64,000 nt of DNA from Candidatus Wirthbacteria bacterium (GTDB lineage Bacteria; Patescibacteriota; CG2-30-54-11), in contig CAISZI010000042.1 in NCBI GenBank assembly GCA_903889905.1, forward strand, positions 6,000 through 69,999, read 5' to 3'. The notes below the pieces were generated by a model. That model did no database searches. It was not told the DNA's origin and saw only the letters and a list, made by a program, of their open reading frames with translations. The stretch's first letter is position 1. Each line of letters starts with the position of its first letter. Of the stretch, positions 18,486-29,049 are shown piece after piece. Position numbers and translations under genes: made by a program.

Positions 18486-19634
18486 CTACACCTTCTTCCT
18501 CAGCCCCACCGTATTAATCGTGGCCTGGACTTCACCGACTTTTTTATCCCGATGGAGATTGAGTCCCTGAACCAGACCAACCATGGCCATGGTCACCCAC
18601 AGTGAGCTGCCACCGGCACTAATGAATGGCAGTGGAATGCCTGTGACCGGCATAATGTTGAGATTCATGGCAATGTTGATAAAGGCCTGCGCAAAAATGA
18701 CGACAAACGCGCCGATTGCCAAAAATCGCGCAAAATTATCCGTGGCGCGGCTCGCAGTGTGCAAAATGCGCCACAACAAAACGACGTAAAGCGCAATCAG
18801 GATAACCGCTCCCACCATGCCCAGTTCCTCGGCAATGACGCTGAAGATAAAGTCGGTGTGCCGCACCGGCAAAAATTTGTATTGGCTTTGTGTGCCTTGC
18901 CCCAGGCCAACCCCAAAAACACCCCCCGCACCGATCGCCACCAGTGCCTGCAAGACGTTGTAGCCCGTGCCTTTGGCGTCACGTGAGGGATCGAGAAAAA
19001 TCAAGATGCGTTCCTGCTGGTACGGCTTGAGCCGCGGCCACATCAGCGGCCCGCCAGCGACGGACGTGACCGCGATCAAAAGCAGGTGTTTCCAGGGAAC
19101 TCCAATCCCGACCAGCATGCCAAACCACAATACCAGCAGTACAATCGCCGTCCCCAGATCCGGTTCGACAAGGATGAGCACCGCCGGCGGGATCAGGATC
19201 ACGCTCGCCAGGCCAATGAAGTGCCAGGCCGAGGCAAACCGGCTGCGGTTGGCCATGACCGCGCACAGGACGATAAGCAGGCTGAATTTGGCAAATTCCG
19301 ACGGCTGCAGCGAGGTAAACCCGAGGTTGATCCACCGCCTCGCGCCCAACCTGGCATCACCAATGACAAGCACAGCGAGCAGCGACAATATCGTCAGGAC
19401 GTAGAGAACGATCGAAAGTGGCTTGAGAATACGGTAATTGACGTAGGTAAAAACAACATACAGGAACAGCCCCAATACCGCATAAATCAGCTGCAGTTGA
19501 AAAGCGCCACGGCCCTCCAGTGCGGTGGTGGCGTTGATCGTGGTGCTGTAGATCATCACCAGGCCAAACACCAGCAGTAGCACCATACTGATGAACATGA
19601 CAAAATCAATTTCCCAAAACTTCTGTTTATTCAT
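18486..19634 (-). CDS. rodA: Rod shape-determining SEDS glycosyltransferase RodA
   Basis: GARRWI, QPSEFAK, EPDLGT, LKPYQQERI, HTDFIFSVIAEELG, PVTGIPLPFISAGGSS; about 10 TM helices. Confidence 0.93.
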   Translation of the reverse strand: MNKQKFWEIDFVMFISMVLLLVFGLVMIYSTTINATTALEGRGAFQLQLIYAVLGLFLYVVFTYVNYRILKPLSIVLYVLTILSLLAVLVIGDARLGARRWINLGFTSLQPSEFAKFSLLIVLCAVMANRSRFASAWHFIGLASVILIPPAVLILVEPDLGTAIVLLVLWFGMLVGIGVPWKHLLLIAVTSVAGGPLMWPRLKPYQQERILIFLDPSRDAKGTGYNVLQALVAIGAGGVFGVGLGQGTQSQYKFLPVRHTDFIFSVIAEELGMVGAVILIALYVVLLWRILHTASRATDNFARFLAIGAFVVIFAQAFINIAMNLNIMPVTGIPLPFISAGGSSLWVTMAMVGLVQGLNLHRDKKVGEVQATINTVGLRKKV

Positions 19635-19646
19635 AAATCATCCGCG

Positions 19647-20414
19647 TTATTGCTGCCGGGTCAAAAACTCCTGCGCCAGCACCCGGTAGGCACGTGCCCC
19701 CAGACTGTAGGCATCGTATTCGATAATGGAACGGCCAAAACTCGGTGCCTCGGCCAGACGGACATTGCGCGGGATGACAGTATTGAAGAGCTTGTCGCCA
19801 AAAAATTTACGCACTTCATTGACCACTTCCTTGGCCAGATTGGTACGACCATCAAACATGGTCAGCACAGCGCCTTCGATGGCCAATTCGGGATTGAGGT
19901 TGGCGGCGATTTTCTCGGTCGTAGAAAGCAGTTGGCCCAAACCATCGAGGGCATAATATTCGCACTGCACCGGCACCAGCAGGCGCTGCGCCGCGACCAG
20001 GCCGCTGATCGTGAGCAAACCCAGCGAAGGCGGGCAATCAATGATGATGTAATCATAAAGTGGTTTGACTTTGTCCAATGCTTCCTTGAGTCTAAACTCA
20101 CGTCGTGCCATTGGGACAAGTTCGATTTCGGCAGCAGCCAGATCAAGGTTGGTTGCGGCAATGTCGACATTGGGACTCGACGATCTCAAAATGACATCGG
20201 TGATCGGGACGCTGTTTACCAGCACATCATAAATACTCAATTTGAGTTCGCGACGATCGAGGCCAATACCGGAACTGGAGTTGCCCTGCGGATCAATGTC
20301 CACAAGCAGAACCTTCTTGCCGAGTTCACCCAGGGCAAAGGTCAGATTGATGCTGGTGGTAGTTTTGCCAACTCCACCTTTTTGATTGGCAATGGCAAAA
20401 ATTTTGGCTGGCAT
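19647..20414 (-). CDS. parA: ParA/Soj family ATPase
   Basis: NQKGGVGKTT deviant Walker A, DIDPQGN, IIDCPPSLG, IPRNVRLAEAPSFG. Confidence 0.95.
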   Translation of the reverse strand: MPAKIFAIANQKGGVGKTTTSINLTFALGELGKKVLLVDIDPQGNSSSGIGLDRRELKLSIYDVLVNSVPITDVILRSSSPNVDIAATNLDLAAAEIELVPMARREFRLKEALDKVKPLYDYIIIDCPPSLGLLTISGLVAAQRLLVPVQCEYYALDGLGQLLSTTEKIAANLNPELAIEGAVLTMFDGRTNLAKEVVNEVRKFFGDKLFNTVIPRNVRLAEAPSFGRSIIEYDAYSLGARAYRVLAQEFLTRQQ

Positions 20415-20417
20415 AAT

Positions 20418-21320
20418 TCAGATCCTTGTTTGGTTGGCATAATTTTCGCGCAGTTGCTGCAGCATCGAGGGTATAATCGCAAGCAAATCATCGCCCATCA
20501 TCCCACGTTTTTTGTCTTGCTTCTGCCAGCTTTGACCTGTCATGGCGTGGACAAAAACGCCCGCTTTGGAGGCATTAGCTGGACTTAGGCCCTGGGCAAG
20601 CAGCCCGCCAATCATCCCGGCCAGCACATCTCCCGTACCCGCCACAGACAGTGCCGGAATGTCGGCATCATTGACCCATGACTGCCCGTCTGGCAGCGCA
20701 ATCACGGTGTCGGCGCCCTTGAGCACCATCACAGCGCCATAAAGTTTAGCATATTTGAGCGCCAAATGCAGTCTGTTTTGCTGCAGCTCAGCCATCGTGA
20801 TTTTGGTCAAACGGCAAAACTCCTTGGGGTGGGGAGTGAGAACAGGCACGGATTTCCAAGCAGTCGCTAAGTTCTCGAGGATGTGCCCGTCCACAGCGTT
20901 AAGTCCGTCTGCATCCAGCACCACAGGAAGTGCCATGGATTGGGCTGATTTCAGGAGCAGTTGCACCAGGTCAGTGCGTTGTGTCGGATTTCCCCATCCC
21001 GGCCCAATTATCAAGGCTTGATATTTGTCGAGGCCAAGCGTCGCCATTGGATCTTGTTCACCGCTTAGCCAGTGATACGTAAAACCCAGCTGTCGCAGTG
21101 TGACAAAGGCTTTCAGTCTTTCATCCAACCCTAGCGACACCAAACCGGCTCCCACGCGATAAGCTGCCGTGGCGGCAAGCAGCGGCGCGCCAATAAATTG
21201 CTCCGATCCACCCACGACAAGCACACTACCATAACTACCTTTGTGGCCGTGTGCGGCAATACCAGGCAGAAGTGGAGCGACGATCGCAGTACTTAAAATT
21301 GAGGGCAAAGCAGTATTCAC
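20418..21320 (-). CDS. nnrD: NAD(P)H-hydrate dehydratase, stand-alone (no epimerase domain)
   Basis: HKGSYGSVLVVGGS, IGPGWG, VLDADGL, LTPHPKEF, AGTGDVLAG. Confidence 0.92.
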   Translation of the reverse strand: MNTALPSILSTAIVAPLLPGIAAHGHKGSYGSVLVVGGSEQFIGAPLLAATAAYRVGAGLVSLGLDERLKAFVTLRQLGFTYHWLSGEQDPMATLGLDKYQALIIGPGWGNPTQRTDLVQLLLKSAQSMALPVVLDADGLNAVDGHILENLATAWKSVPVLTPHPKEFCRLTKITMAELQQNRLHLALKYAKLYGAVMVLKGADTVIALPDGQSWVNDADIPALSVAGTGDVLAGMIGGLLAQGLSPANASKAGVFVHAMTGQSWQKQDKKRGMMGDDLLAIIPSMLQQLRENYANQTRI

Positions 21321-21324
21321 GGGC

Positions 21325-22563
21325 TTATTTTAACTTGGGCAGGCTAAAACTAAAAGCACTGCCACGGCTGACTTCAGAATCCACCCAGATCTTGCCCCCA
21401 TGCGCTTCGACGATCAACCGCGCAATGTATAATCCCAAGCCGACACCTTCGGTATCAAAAGCGCCCAGTACTGATCCACTGCGTTTAAATTTCTGAAAAA
21501 GCATGGTTTTTTCTTTGGGCGTTATCCCCACACCGGTATCCATAATGGTGACCACGACGGCATCCGGAAGCAACGACAATTTGACTTTGATATAGCCATG
21601 TTCGGTAAATTTCAACGCATTACTAAGCAAATTGTTGACCACCTCCCGAATCCGATTTTCATCAAAGGAAAGCTCGATGCCCTGCAGATCCGGAATTTCG
21701 GCCAAAATCTTCAAGTTTTTGGTCTCAAAAGCTGCGGCGTATTGGGTCAATTCAGAGCGCAAAACGCGCGAGATATCCCCCAGTCGAGCATGGATCTTGA
21801 TGCGCCCTTTTTCCATGGATGACGCCATCAGCAGGTTTTCCATAACGGCTTCAAGCTTCTTGATCGAGGCCGAAAGGCGCAAGACAATGGCCCGCTGCTG
21901 GTCATTGAGACGTTTCTCCGGGTCACTGAGCAAAAAGTCGGTATAACCTTTGATCGACGATAGCGGTGTGCGCAAATGGTGTGAAGCCAGACCGATAAAT
22001 TCACTTTTTTCCTGATCCACCTGTTCAATCAATTCCCGTTCATTCAGCTGTTTGGCGTACTGCTCAAACAAATAACCAATCCAGAAAGCAATAAACAAAA
22101 GTAGCCCTGCCTGAGCCAGTACTGCTGTAAACCCACTGGCCAGATTTGCCTGACCATTCACACTCAGCAAAGATCCCGCGAGCATCATGCCATAACTGCC
22201 TCCGGCAATCATCAACCCTTCTTTCATCCCCATTTCCAGGCTGGCAAGCATGACCGGATAGATCAGGCAAACAAGCAGCGGTGAGCCAACCCCACCCGTC
22301 GCGGCCACGGCCACGGCACCAAAAAAAGCCAGCAACCAGTTACGAAATGGCCCAATAACTTTGGAATCATAAGGTGCATTGGTCATTAGTCGTCGATGCG
22401 ACGTATAAACCACCCCCATGGCCAGACTGCTGCCGATCACCAATAATTTGGTTAGAGGCGCTGGCGGCAGGAGAGCACCGCAGATCAGCAGCACGACAAA
22501 AAAGAACCAGCTGAACTGGTCGATAAAACGGTAAATCAGATTGGATTCATTTTTTTCTGGCAT
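21325..22563 (-). CDS. Membrane sensor histidine kinase (HisKA + HATPase)
   Basis: Multi-TM N-terminus; H-box ASHHLRTPL, N-box NLLSNALKF, DTGVGI, GVGLGLYI. Start at ATG 22563; the track gives 22611. Confidence 0.93.
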   Translation of the reverse strand: MPEKNESNLIYRFIDQFSWFFFVVLLICGALLPPAPLTKLLVIGSSLAMGVVYTSHRRLMTNAPYDSKVIGPFRNWLLAFFGAVAVAATGGVGSPLLVCLIYPVMLASLEMGMKEGLMIAGGSYGMMLAGSLLSVNGQANLASGFTAVLAQAGLLLFIAFWIGYLFEQYAKQLNERELIEQVDQEKSEFIGLASHHLRTPLSSIKGYTDFLLSDPEKRLNDQQRAIVLRLSASIKKLEAVMENLLMASSMEKGRIKIHARLGDISRVLRSELTQYAAAFETKNLKILAEIPDLQGIELSFDENRIREVVNNLLSNALKFTEHGYIKVKLSLLPDAVVVTIMDTGVGITPKEKTMLFQKFKRSGSVLGAFDTEGVGLGLYIARLIVEAHGGKIWVDSEVSRGSAFSFSLPKLK

Positions 22564-22585
22564 GGAGCGCGCTATCCCTTTAGTT

Positions 22586-23668
22586 TTATTGCGGTAATTT
22601 AATTTGGCCATGATCGCCGAGGATCAGCTCCAGGCTGCCCTCATCCTGTGATCCCTCAATGACGATATCGCTGCCCAGAATGCTGTGGTTGATGGTTTGG
22701 GGTATTGCCATTATTTTGCCCCCGGGAAGAGCGATGCTGTCTGTAATGGCTGCATTTTCCACCTGGCAACGATCACCAATGGCCACATAAGGACCAATTC
22801 TGGCTTGCCTGAGAACAACGTTCTCACCAATCACCACGGGCCCGGTAATCTCACTGTTTTCAATCACACTGCCGCTGCCAATTTCAATGTTACCGTTCAG
22901 AATCGAGCCTTCACAGGACTTGGCATGATTAGAAGAAACCAGATGATCCAGCAGCAGCCGGTTAGCCGAGAGCAAATCACTCGGGCGACCAGTGTCTTTC
23001 CACCATTCCGTGATCACCGAATAAGTCACGGCATAGCCCTGGTCAATCAGCCATTGGTTAGCTGGTGGAATGTCCATCTCGGCAATGGTGCGCGGCGGTT
23101 TGGGCGGAGTAGGTTGAATGTGTTTGATAGCTTCAAAAATTGACGCGTCATAAAACTGGATACCGGTGATCGCGAGGTCACTGACAAAGTCAGCTGGTTT
23201 CTCCACAGTTTTGATGACTTTGTTCCCTTCCACCACCGCCACCCCAAACTGGGCTGGATTGTCGACTTTGACCAGACAGAGATGGCAGCTGGACTGGAGC
23301 TCGTTAAACTTCTGTAAATGGGGCGCCAGTCCACCTGCCAAAACATTGTCGCCATAGTAAAAAACAAACGGCGAACTCCCAATCAATGCTTCTGCCAGTT
23401 GCAGCACATTACCCAAACCCTTGGGTTCCTGCTGACGGATGTACGTGATATGAATCCCCCAGCTGCTGCCATCGCCGACAATCGTCGGCAATTCTGTGTC
23501 ATCCGCATTGATGTTGATGATCACGTCGGTAATGCCGATGTCACGGACATTTTCGATTGCCCGGAACAGCAAGGGTTTGTTGCCAATCGGCACCAGGTGC
23601 TTGTTGAGCGTGTTGGTAATAGGTCGCAATCGAGTCCCACGCCCGCCGGCAGTGATCAGCGCTTTCAT
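22586..23668 (-). CDS. Glucose-1-phosphate thymidylyltransferase, long form
   Basis: AGGRGTRLRPIT, KHLVPIGNKP, VEKP, WKDTG, C-terminal hexapeptide-type repeats; 360 aa. Confidence 0.88.
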   Translation of the reverse strand: MKALITAGGRGTRLRPITNTLNKHLVPIGNKPLLFRAIENVRDIGITDVIININADDTELPTIVGDGSSWGIHITYIRQQEPKGLGNVLQLAEALIGSSPFVFYYGDNVLAGGLAPHLQKFNELQSSCHLCLVKVDNPAQFGVAVVEGNKVIKTVEKPADFVSDLAITGIQFYDASIFEAIKHIQPTPPKPPRTIAEMDIPPANQWLIDQGYAVTYSVITEWWKDTGRPSDLLSANRLLLDHLVSSNHAKSCEGSILNGNIEIGSGSVIENSEITGPVVIGENVVLRQARIGPYVAIGDRCQVENAAITDSIALPGGKIMAIPQTINHSILGSDIVIEGSQDEGSLELILGDHGQIKLPQ

Positions 23669-23670
23669 GC

Positions 23671-24204
23671 TTACTCCTGAGGTTCCAATAGACCATATTC
23701 ACCATCTTCACGGCGGTAAACCACGGCCACTTTGCTCGTGTCACGGTTGAGAAAAACAAAAAAGTCATGGTCCAGTTGTTCCATTTCCTCGATTGCATCC
23801 GAGGCAAACATGGGTTTGACTTTGAAGGACTTACGTCTGGCCAGCAAGGTCTCAAGGGCGACAGGAAGTTCAGCATCGCCGGCTTTGGGTGCGCCTTTGT
23901 GCTGCGTCGCCTTGTCTTTGAATTTGAGCACCTGGCGTTTGAGTTTGTCCAGCGCCAGATCGAATGTTTCCACCACTTGTGCGGCTTTTTCTTCGGCACG
24001 GATGTGGCTGTGGCCGATTTGAATGTCTAGGTTCACGGCAAAGGCTTTGTCCTTGTTGACCACGGTGGGTCGATGATCAATTGTAATGGTGCCATGCGTG
24101 ACGGATTCAGGAAGCAGTTTGGTGACTTTGTCGAGCTTTTCCTGCATTTTGGTCCGCGTGTCAGCGGGCAGGGTAAAATTCCGGGAATCTACAATCCATT
24201 GCAT
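23671..24204 (-). CDS. hpf: Ribosome hibernation promoting factor, long form
   Basis: S30EA-type N-domain (DLALDKLKRQV) plus C-domain (KPM...AIEEMEQLDHDFFVF...VVYRREDGEYGL). Confidence 0.93.
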   Translation of the reverse strand: MQWIVDSRNFTLPADTRTKMQEKLDKVTKLLPESVTHGTITIDHRPTVVNKDKAFAVNLDIQIGHSHIRAEEKAAQVVETFDLALDKLKRQVLKFKDKATQHKGAPKAGDAELPVALETLLARRKSFKVKPMFASDAIEEMEQLDHDFFVFLNRDTSKVAVVYRREDGEYGLLEPQE

Positions 24205-24214
24205 ATCGTCTCCT

Positions 24215-25492
24215 TTATTTTTGAATGAGCAATTCGCGACCGCCTAAATATTGACGGAGAGCCTGCGGGATACGGATGTTGCCGTCTTCGGTCTGGTGAT
24301 TTTCGAGCAATGCGATCAGGCCACGGCTGATGGCAATCGCGGTCCCATTTAAAGTGTGCACCAAGGCAGTTTTACCATCCGGCGTGCGGTATTTGACATT
24401 GAGCCGACGGGCCTGGTAGTCGGTACAATTGCTGCAGCTGGTCACTTCGCCAAAGTCGCCCTGCTCGCCGCGTCCTGGCATCCAGGCTTCTACGTCGTAT
24501 TTGCGGTAAGCCACGGCGCCCATATCACCATCACAAATTGCAACCACGCGATAAGGGATCTCAAGCCCCTGAAAAACCTTTTCCTCAATCGACAAAATAT
24601 ACTGGTGCATGGCTTCGGACTGTTCTGGGAGCGCATAGATGAACATCTCAACTTTGTCAAAATGGTGTACGCGGTATAAACCCTTGGAAAAACGGCCGTA
24701 ATTCCCGGCTTCGGTGCGGTAACATTCTGAAATCCCGGCGAATTTAGCAGGGAGTGAAGCCGCTGGCAAAACCTCACCCGAGAAATACCCGCCAATGGAT
24801 ATTTCAGAAGTGGCAATCATCGCGAGGTCAGAATTTTCGATCGAGTAAATCTGGGTTTCTGCGCCACGCGGGTTATAGCCCGTGCCATCCAGTACGGTTT
24901 TGGTCGCCAGCACTGGTGTTTTGATCGGTGAAAAACCTTCAGCCACCAACAGGTTAATCGCGTATTGCTTCAGAGCCAACTCCAACAACACGGCTTCATT
25001 TTTCAAAAAATAAAACTTCGAGCCTGCCACTTTGGCGGCCCGGTCAAAATCAATCAGCTCCAATGCTTCGCCCAGCGCCACATGGTCTTTGGGCGCAAAG
25101 GAAAACTTGGGAATCGTGCCCCAGCGGCGCACTTCCACGTTATCGGCGTCAGATTTGCCAGACGGGACTTCGGGCGAAAGCAGGTTTGGCACATCACGCA
25201 CCAAAGCCTGATAACTCGCCTCCAGCTCAGTCAAACCGGATTCAAGATTTTCGAGTTCAACCTTGATCGATTTTACCTGCGACACAGTTTCCTGCCTCTC
25301 GTCGGCGGACATTTTGGCAATTTGTTCGCTCAGCGAGTTGCGCTTGGCACGCAGCATGTCCACCTGCTGAATCGAGGAGCGCCGCTGCTCGTCAACCTGC
25401 AACAAACCGTCGAGGTCAACTTTCACATGGCGACGCTCAATGACGTTACGAATCTCATCCTGATGCTCACGAATGTAGGACATTTCCAGCAT
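24215..25492 (-). CDS. serS: Seryl-tRNA synthetase
   Basis: N-terminal coiled coil; ATSE, YRTEAG, GLYRVHHFDKVE, SCSNCTDYQARRL, HTLNGT. Confidence 0.98.
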   Translation of the reverse strand: MLEMSYIREHQDEIRNVIERRHVKVDLDGLLQVDEQRRSSIQQVDMLRAKRNSLSEQIAKMSADERQETVSQVKSIKVELENLESGLTELEASYQALVRDVPNLLSPEVPSGKSDADNVEVRRWGTIPKFSFAPKDHVALGEALELIDFDRAAKVAGSKFYFLKNEAVLLELALKQYAINLLVAEGFSPIKTPVLATKTVLDGTGYNPRGAETQIYSIENSDLAMIATSEISIGGYFSGEVLPAASLPAKFAGISECYRTEAGNYGRFSKGLYRVHHFDKVEMFIYALPEQSEAMHQYILSIEEKVFQGLEIPYRVVAICDGDMGAVAYRKYDVEAWMPGRGEQGDFGEVTSCSNCTDYQARRLNVKYRTPDGKTALVHTLNGTAIAISRGLIALLENHQTEDGNIRIPQALRQYLGGRELLIQK

Positions 25493-25611
25493 GTATTCTT
25501 ACTCCTTGATAACACAAGCGAGTGGTTACACCTCCGGCACACAACCATGCTTGGCCAGTTTCGCCTGCTAGATTGCAGAATTAATGAGCTGTTGATGCAA
25601 GTCCATGCAGC

Positions 25612-26745
25612 CTATTTATTGCCTCTTTTGTCGTCATGGGGAGCAATGGGTGTGGGGCTGATCGGACGATTTTTGCGCAGGAAAGCCGGGACTTCCAGTT
25701 CGTCTTCGTCCACGGCCTGGAGCGGCACATGATCGATACGTTGCACTGCCTGGACACGTTCTACCAGTTGCGGCGAATCAAGATTTTGGCTATTAAAACC
25801 AGCGGCAATAACCGTGACTTTGATCTTGCCTTTCATGTTTTCGTCAACCACCGCACCGAAGATGATATTGGCATCGGGATCGGCGGCATCGGCGATGATT
25901 TGCGCGGCGTTGTTGATTTCTTTCATGCCCATGTCCGGGCCACCGACGATATTGAACAGCACGCCTTTGGCGCCATGAATGCTGACTTCCAGCAGTGGGC
26001 TCGAGATGGCGGCTTTGGCAGCGTCCACGGCACGGTTTTCATCACTGCCGTAACCAATGCCCATAAGGGCAGAACCGGCATTTTCCATGATTGTGCGCAC
26101 GTCGGCGAAGTCGACATTGATCAAACCGGGCAAAACAATCAAATCCGAAATACCCTGCACACCCTGGCGCAACACATCGTCGACCAAACGGAAGGCATCC
26201 AGGAATGAGGTATTGTCATCGGCAATCTGCAAGACGCGGTCATTGGGAATCGTGATCAGGGTGTCGACATGCTGGCGCAAATCCTTAATCCCCTGTTCGG
26301 CAACCGTACGGCGGCGGGCGCCTTCAAATGAAAACGGCTTGGTGACCACGGCAACGGTCAAAACGCCCAACTGACGGGCAATTTCAGCCAAAACCGGCGC
26401 AGAACCCGTCCCGGTCCCACCACCCATGCCAGCGGTGATGAAAATCATGTCTGCACCTTTGATGATCTCGGTCAGGTCTTCGCGGCTTTCTTCGGCTGCC
26501 TTACGGCCCATTTCCGGATTTGCACCCGATCCCAACCCTTTGGTGACTTTGGCACCAATTTGCACTTTATGTTTGGCTTCGGCAATTTGCAGTGCCTGCA
26601 GGTCTGTATTAACGGCGATAAAATCAATGCCTTTCACCCCTAAACGCACCATCTGGTTAACGGCATTGGAGCCCCCACCACCCAGGCCAATTACTTTTAT
26701 TTTGGCGAAATTATTGACCAAAGATGTCGTCTCTGAGTCGCTCAC
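25612..26745 (-). CDS. ftsZ: Cell division GTPase FtsZ
   Basis: [24 protein letters not shown]-terminal LEVPAFLRK. Start GTG 26745 with AGGAGG at 26756-26751. Confidence 0.99.
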   Translation of the reverse strand: MSDSETTSLVNNFAKIKVIGLGGGGSNAVNQMVRLGVKGIDFIAVNTDLQALQIAEAKHKVQIGAKVTKGLGSGANPEMGRKAAEESREDLTEIIKGADMIFITAGMGGGTGTGSAPVLAEIARQLGVLTVAVVTKPFSFEGARRRTVAEQGIKDLRQHVDTLITIPNDRVLQIADDNTSFLDAFRLVDDVLRQGVQGISDLIVLPGLINVDFADVRTIMENAGSALMGIGYGSDENRAVDAAKAAISSPLLEVSIHGAKGVLFNIVGGPDMGMKEINNAAQIIADAADPDANIIFGAVVDENMKGKIKVTVIAAGFNSQNLDSPQLVERVQAVQRIDHVPLQAVDEDELEVPAFLRKNRPISPTPIAPHDDKRGNK

Positions 26746-26776
26746 GTTAACCTCCTGAAAGAAAGTAGGTGTTAGC

Positions 26777-28045
26777 TTAAGGAAAAAAGGACTTTTTGAC
26801 CCATTTGCGGATCTTGCCAAACCCGGTAAACCACATCTGCATGGGCGAAACACGGATCAATTCGCGCTGTTCACGGGCTTTGATCCCCCACAGTATTAAC
26901 CCAACCGGAGTAACAAATGCCGGCGATTCTATGCCATCCGTCAGGCCTAGGACATTGAGTGGCTTGCCAATTCGGGAAGGCAATCCCAAATTAACTTTGG
27001 CAACTTCGGAGATACCAGGCAGCAACGATCCCCCACCGGTGAGGACGACACCCCCTGCCAGTAATCCCTGTTGACCAGATTTTTTGATTTCCTTGGCTAC
27101 CATGTCAAAAATTTCATTTAAACGCGCTTCCACAATTTGATTGAGCGATTCGCGTGCCACGAGGCCACCTTTTTCGACACCGTAAGCGTCCAGATCGATC
27201 GAATCGCCATTTTTGCTGACGTCTTCAAACAAAGTGCCTTCTTCAAAAACTGTGATCGGCTGATAAGCTTCTTTCTTGATCTTCTCGGCCACGGCAAAAG
27301 GTACGCGGAGACCGATGGCGAGATCGTTCGTAATATGGCTGCTGCCAATCGGTAACACCGTACTATGCCAGATGCTGCCTTCGACAAAAATGGCAATATC
27401 GGTTGATCCGCCACCAATATCGAGCAGGCAAACACCCAATTCTTTATCATCTTGATTGAGTACCGCTTCGGCTGCAGCGAGTGGGCTCATGACGATTTCT
27501 TCAACTTCCACACCGGTCTGGGCCACACATTTGGCCAGATTGCGTACCGCTGAAGAAGCGGCATTGACCACGTGAGTTTCGACTTCCAGGCGTACGCCAG
27601 TCATACCAGCGGGATTCTGTACGCCTTCCTGGCCGTCGACAACAAAGTTGCGGGGCAAGACGTGTAATACCTCACGGTTCATCGGGAGTGATATGGCCTG
27701 GGCTGCCTCGATCACGCGCGCAACATCCTCATGGGTAATCTCGCCATCGGCACGCGAAACGGCAATCACGCCACGGCTGTTGAGGGACGAAATGTGTCCC
27801 CCGCCGATCGAAATAAACGCCGAATCGATCGGGTACCCGGCCATGCGTTCTGCTTCTTCCAGGGACGCCGAAATCGAGCTGATCGTCTCTTCGATGTTGA
27901 CGACCACCCCTTTACGTATACCTTGGGAGGGAACGTTCCCAATACCAATGATACTCATTTTCCCTGGCTGCCGGGCTTCGGCGACCAGAGTACAAACCTT
28001 TGTTGTACCAACGTCAATTGCCACAATGATGTCAGATTGGGCCAT
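26777..28045 (-). CDS. ftsA: Cell division protein FtsA
   Basis: [31 protein letters not shown]; directly upstream of ftsZ. Confidence 0.98.
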   Translation of the reverse strand: MAQSDIIVAIDVGTTKVCTLVAEARQPGKMSIIGIGNVPSQGIRKGVVVNIEETISSISASLEEAERMAGYPIDSAFISIGGGHISSLNSRGVIAVSRADGEITHEDVARVIEAAQAISLPMNREVLHVLPRNFVVDGQEGVQNPAGMTGVRLEVETHVVNAASSAVRNLAKCVAQTGVEVEEIVMSPLAAAEAVLNQDDKELGVCLLDIGGGSTDIAIFVEGSIWHSTVLPIGSSHITNDLAIGLRVPFAVAEKIKKEAYQPITVFEEGTLFEDVSKNGDSIDLDAYGVEKGGLVARESLNQIVEARLNEIFDMVAKEIKKSGQQGLLAGGVVLTGGGSLLPGISEVAKVNLGLPSRIGKPLNVLGLTDGIESPAFVTPVGLILWGIKAREQRELIRVSPMQMWFTGFGKIRKWVKKSFFP

Positions 28046-28080
28046 TGCCCCTCCTTATGAAGCGCAGACTTTTTAACTCG

Positions 28081-29031
28081 TCACTTACCATACACTTTTT
28101 CGAACCGCAAATCAACATATTGCGCAAGTGGATGACCTTGCCGCTGGCCTTCTTTGAGAATATCCGCCAGCCGTTTCAAATCCGAATCCAGCGTATGCGT
28201 ACTGCTGTCTGATTCCGGCATCCTGCCCGGGAAGCGAATCTGTAAATTGCTTTTCAACATCACGCTCAGATCGCCAAATTCACCCATGGCGACATACTGG
28301 ATCGGGTCATTGGGTAAAACATCAGGCAATCGTTCAAACATCGCCACAATCAGGTCAACCATTTCACTATCCGTAACATGCGCACCCGGTCTAAGGTTGA
28401 TCGGTGCCGGTACCGGTGCCGTCGGGGTTGCTGGCGCCGCTGCAGCATTGGTCGTGCCCAGTGCTGGCACTGCTAAAGCTGCCGGTACGGCTGGCACCGG
28501 GGCTGCGGCTGGAGCGGGTGGTGTGACTGGAGTAAGGTTGGGACTGGCGCCAAAGGCATAGACATGGCGTGTAATGGTCTCATCCAGCGGTCCGATCACC
28601 ACGCCATCACGGTCGATCGCATAAGTGGCATCCCCGGTATGCCAGGTTAAAACCGGTGCCTTTTCACTCACTTCAATGGTAATTTTATTGGGAAAAAACT
28701 GGCGTTTGACGGTCACGTTCTGGAGTTGGGGAAATTTGCGTTCGAGCTTGCTTTTGACGTTATACACCGACAGCAAAAAAATATTGCTGCCGGTGATGTT
28801 GCTAAGTTCCGCGGAAATCTGCTCAGACGTAATACGCACATTGCCCTGAATTTCAAAATAATTGACGCGCAGGATATTGGAAAACCACAAATATCCGGCA
28901 CCGATCATCAGTAAAATTACAACCAGTGGCATAAATACATGAAACCAGTTAACGCTGATGTGTGGCCGTTTGCGGCGCACAATGCTGCCACGGATCATGG
29001 GTTTGCGGGTAATCTTTTTTTTGTTGCGCAT
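28081..29031 (-). CDS. ftsQ: Cell division protein FtsQ/DivIB
   Basis: Basic N-tail, single TM, POTRA domain (IQGNVRIT...VKRQFFPNKITIEVSEK), C-terminal YVDLRF; upstream of ftsA. Confidence 0.85.
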   Translation of the reverse strand: MRNKKKITRKPMIRGSIVRRKRPHISVNWFHVFMPLVVILLMIGAGYLWFSNILRVNYFEIQGNVRITSEQISAELSNITGSNIFLLSVYNVKSKLERKFPQLQNVTVKRQFFPNKITIEVSEKAPVLTWHTGDATYAIDRDGVVIGPLDETITRHVYAFGASPNLTPVTPPAPAAAPVPAVPAALAVPALGTTNAAAAPATPTAPVPAPINLRPGAHVTDSEMVDLIVAMFERLPDVLPNDPIQYVAMGEFGDLSVMLKSNLQIRFPGRMPESDSSTHTLDSDLKRLADILKEGQRQGHPLAQYVDLRFEKVYGK

Positions 29032-29049
29032 GGAAGGGTTGCAGGCTGT

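Noticed and set aside
19650-20588. 312-aa plus-strand ORF, and similar ones at 24965-25732, 31416-32333 and 46732-47415
   Set aside because: Antisense to well-identified genes (parA, serS, DUF4012, rfbH).
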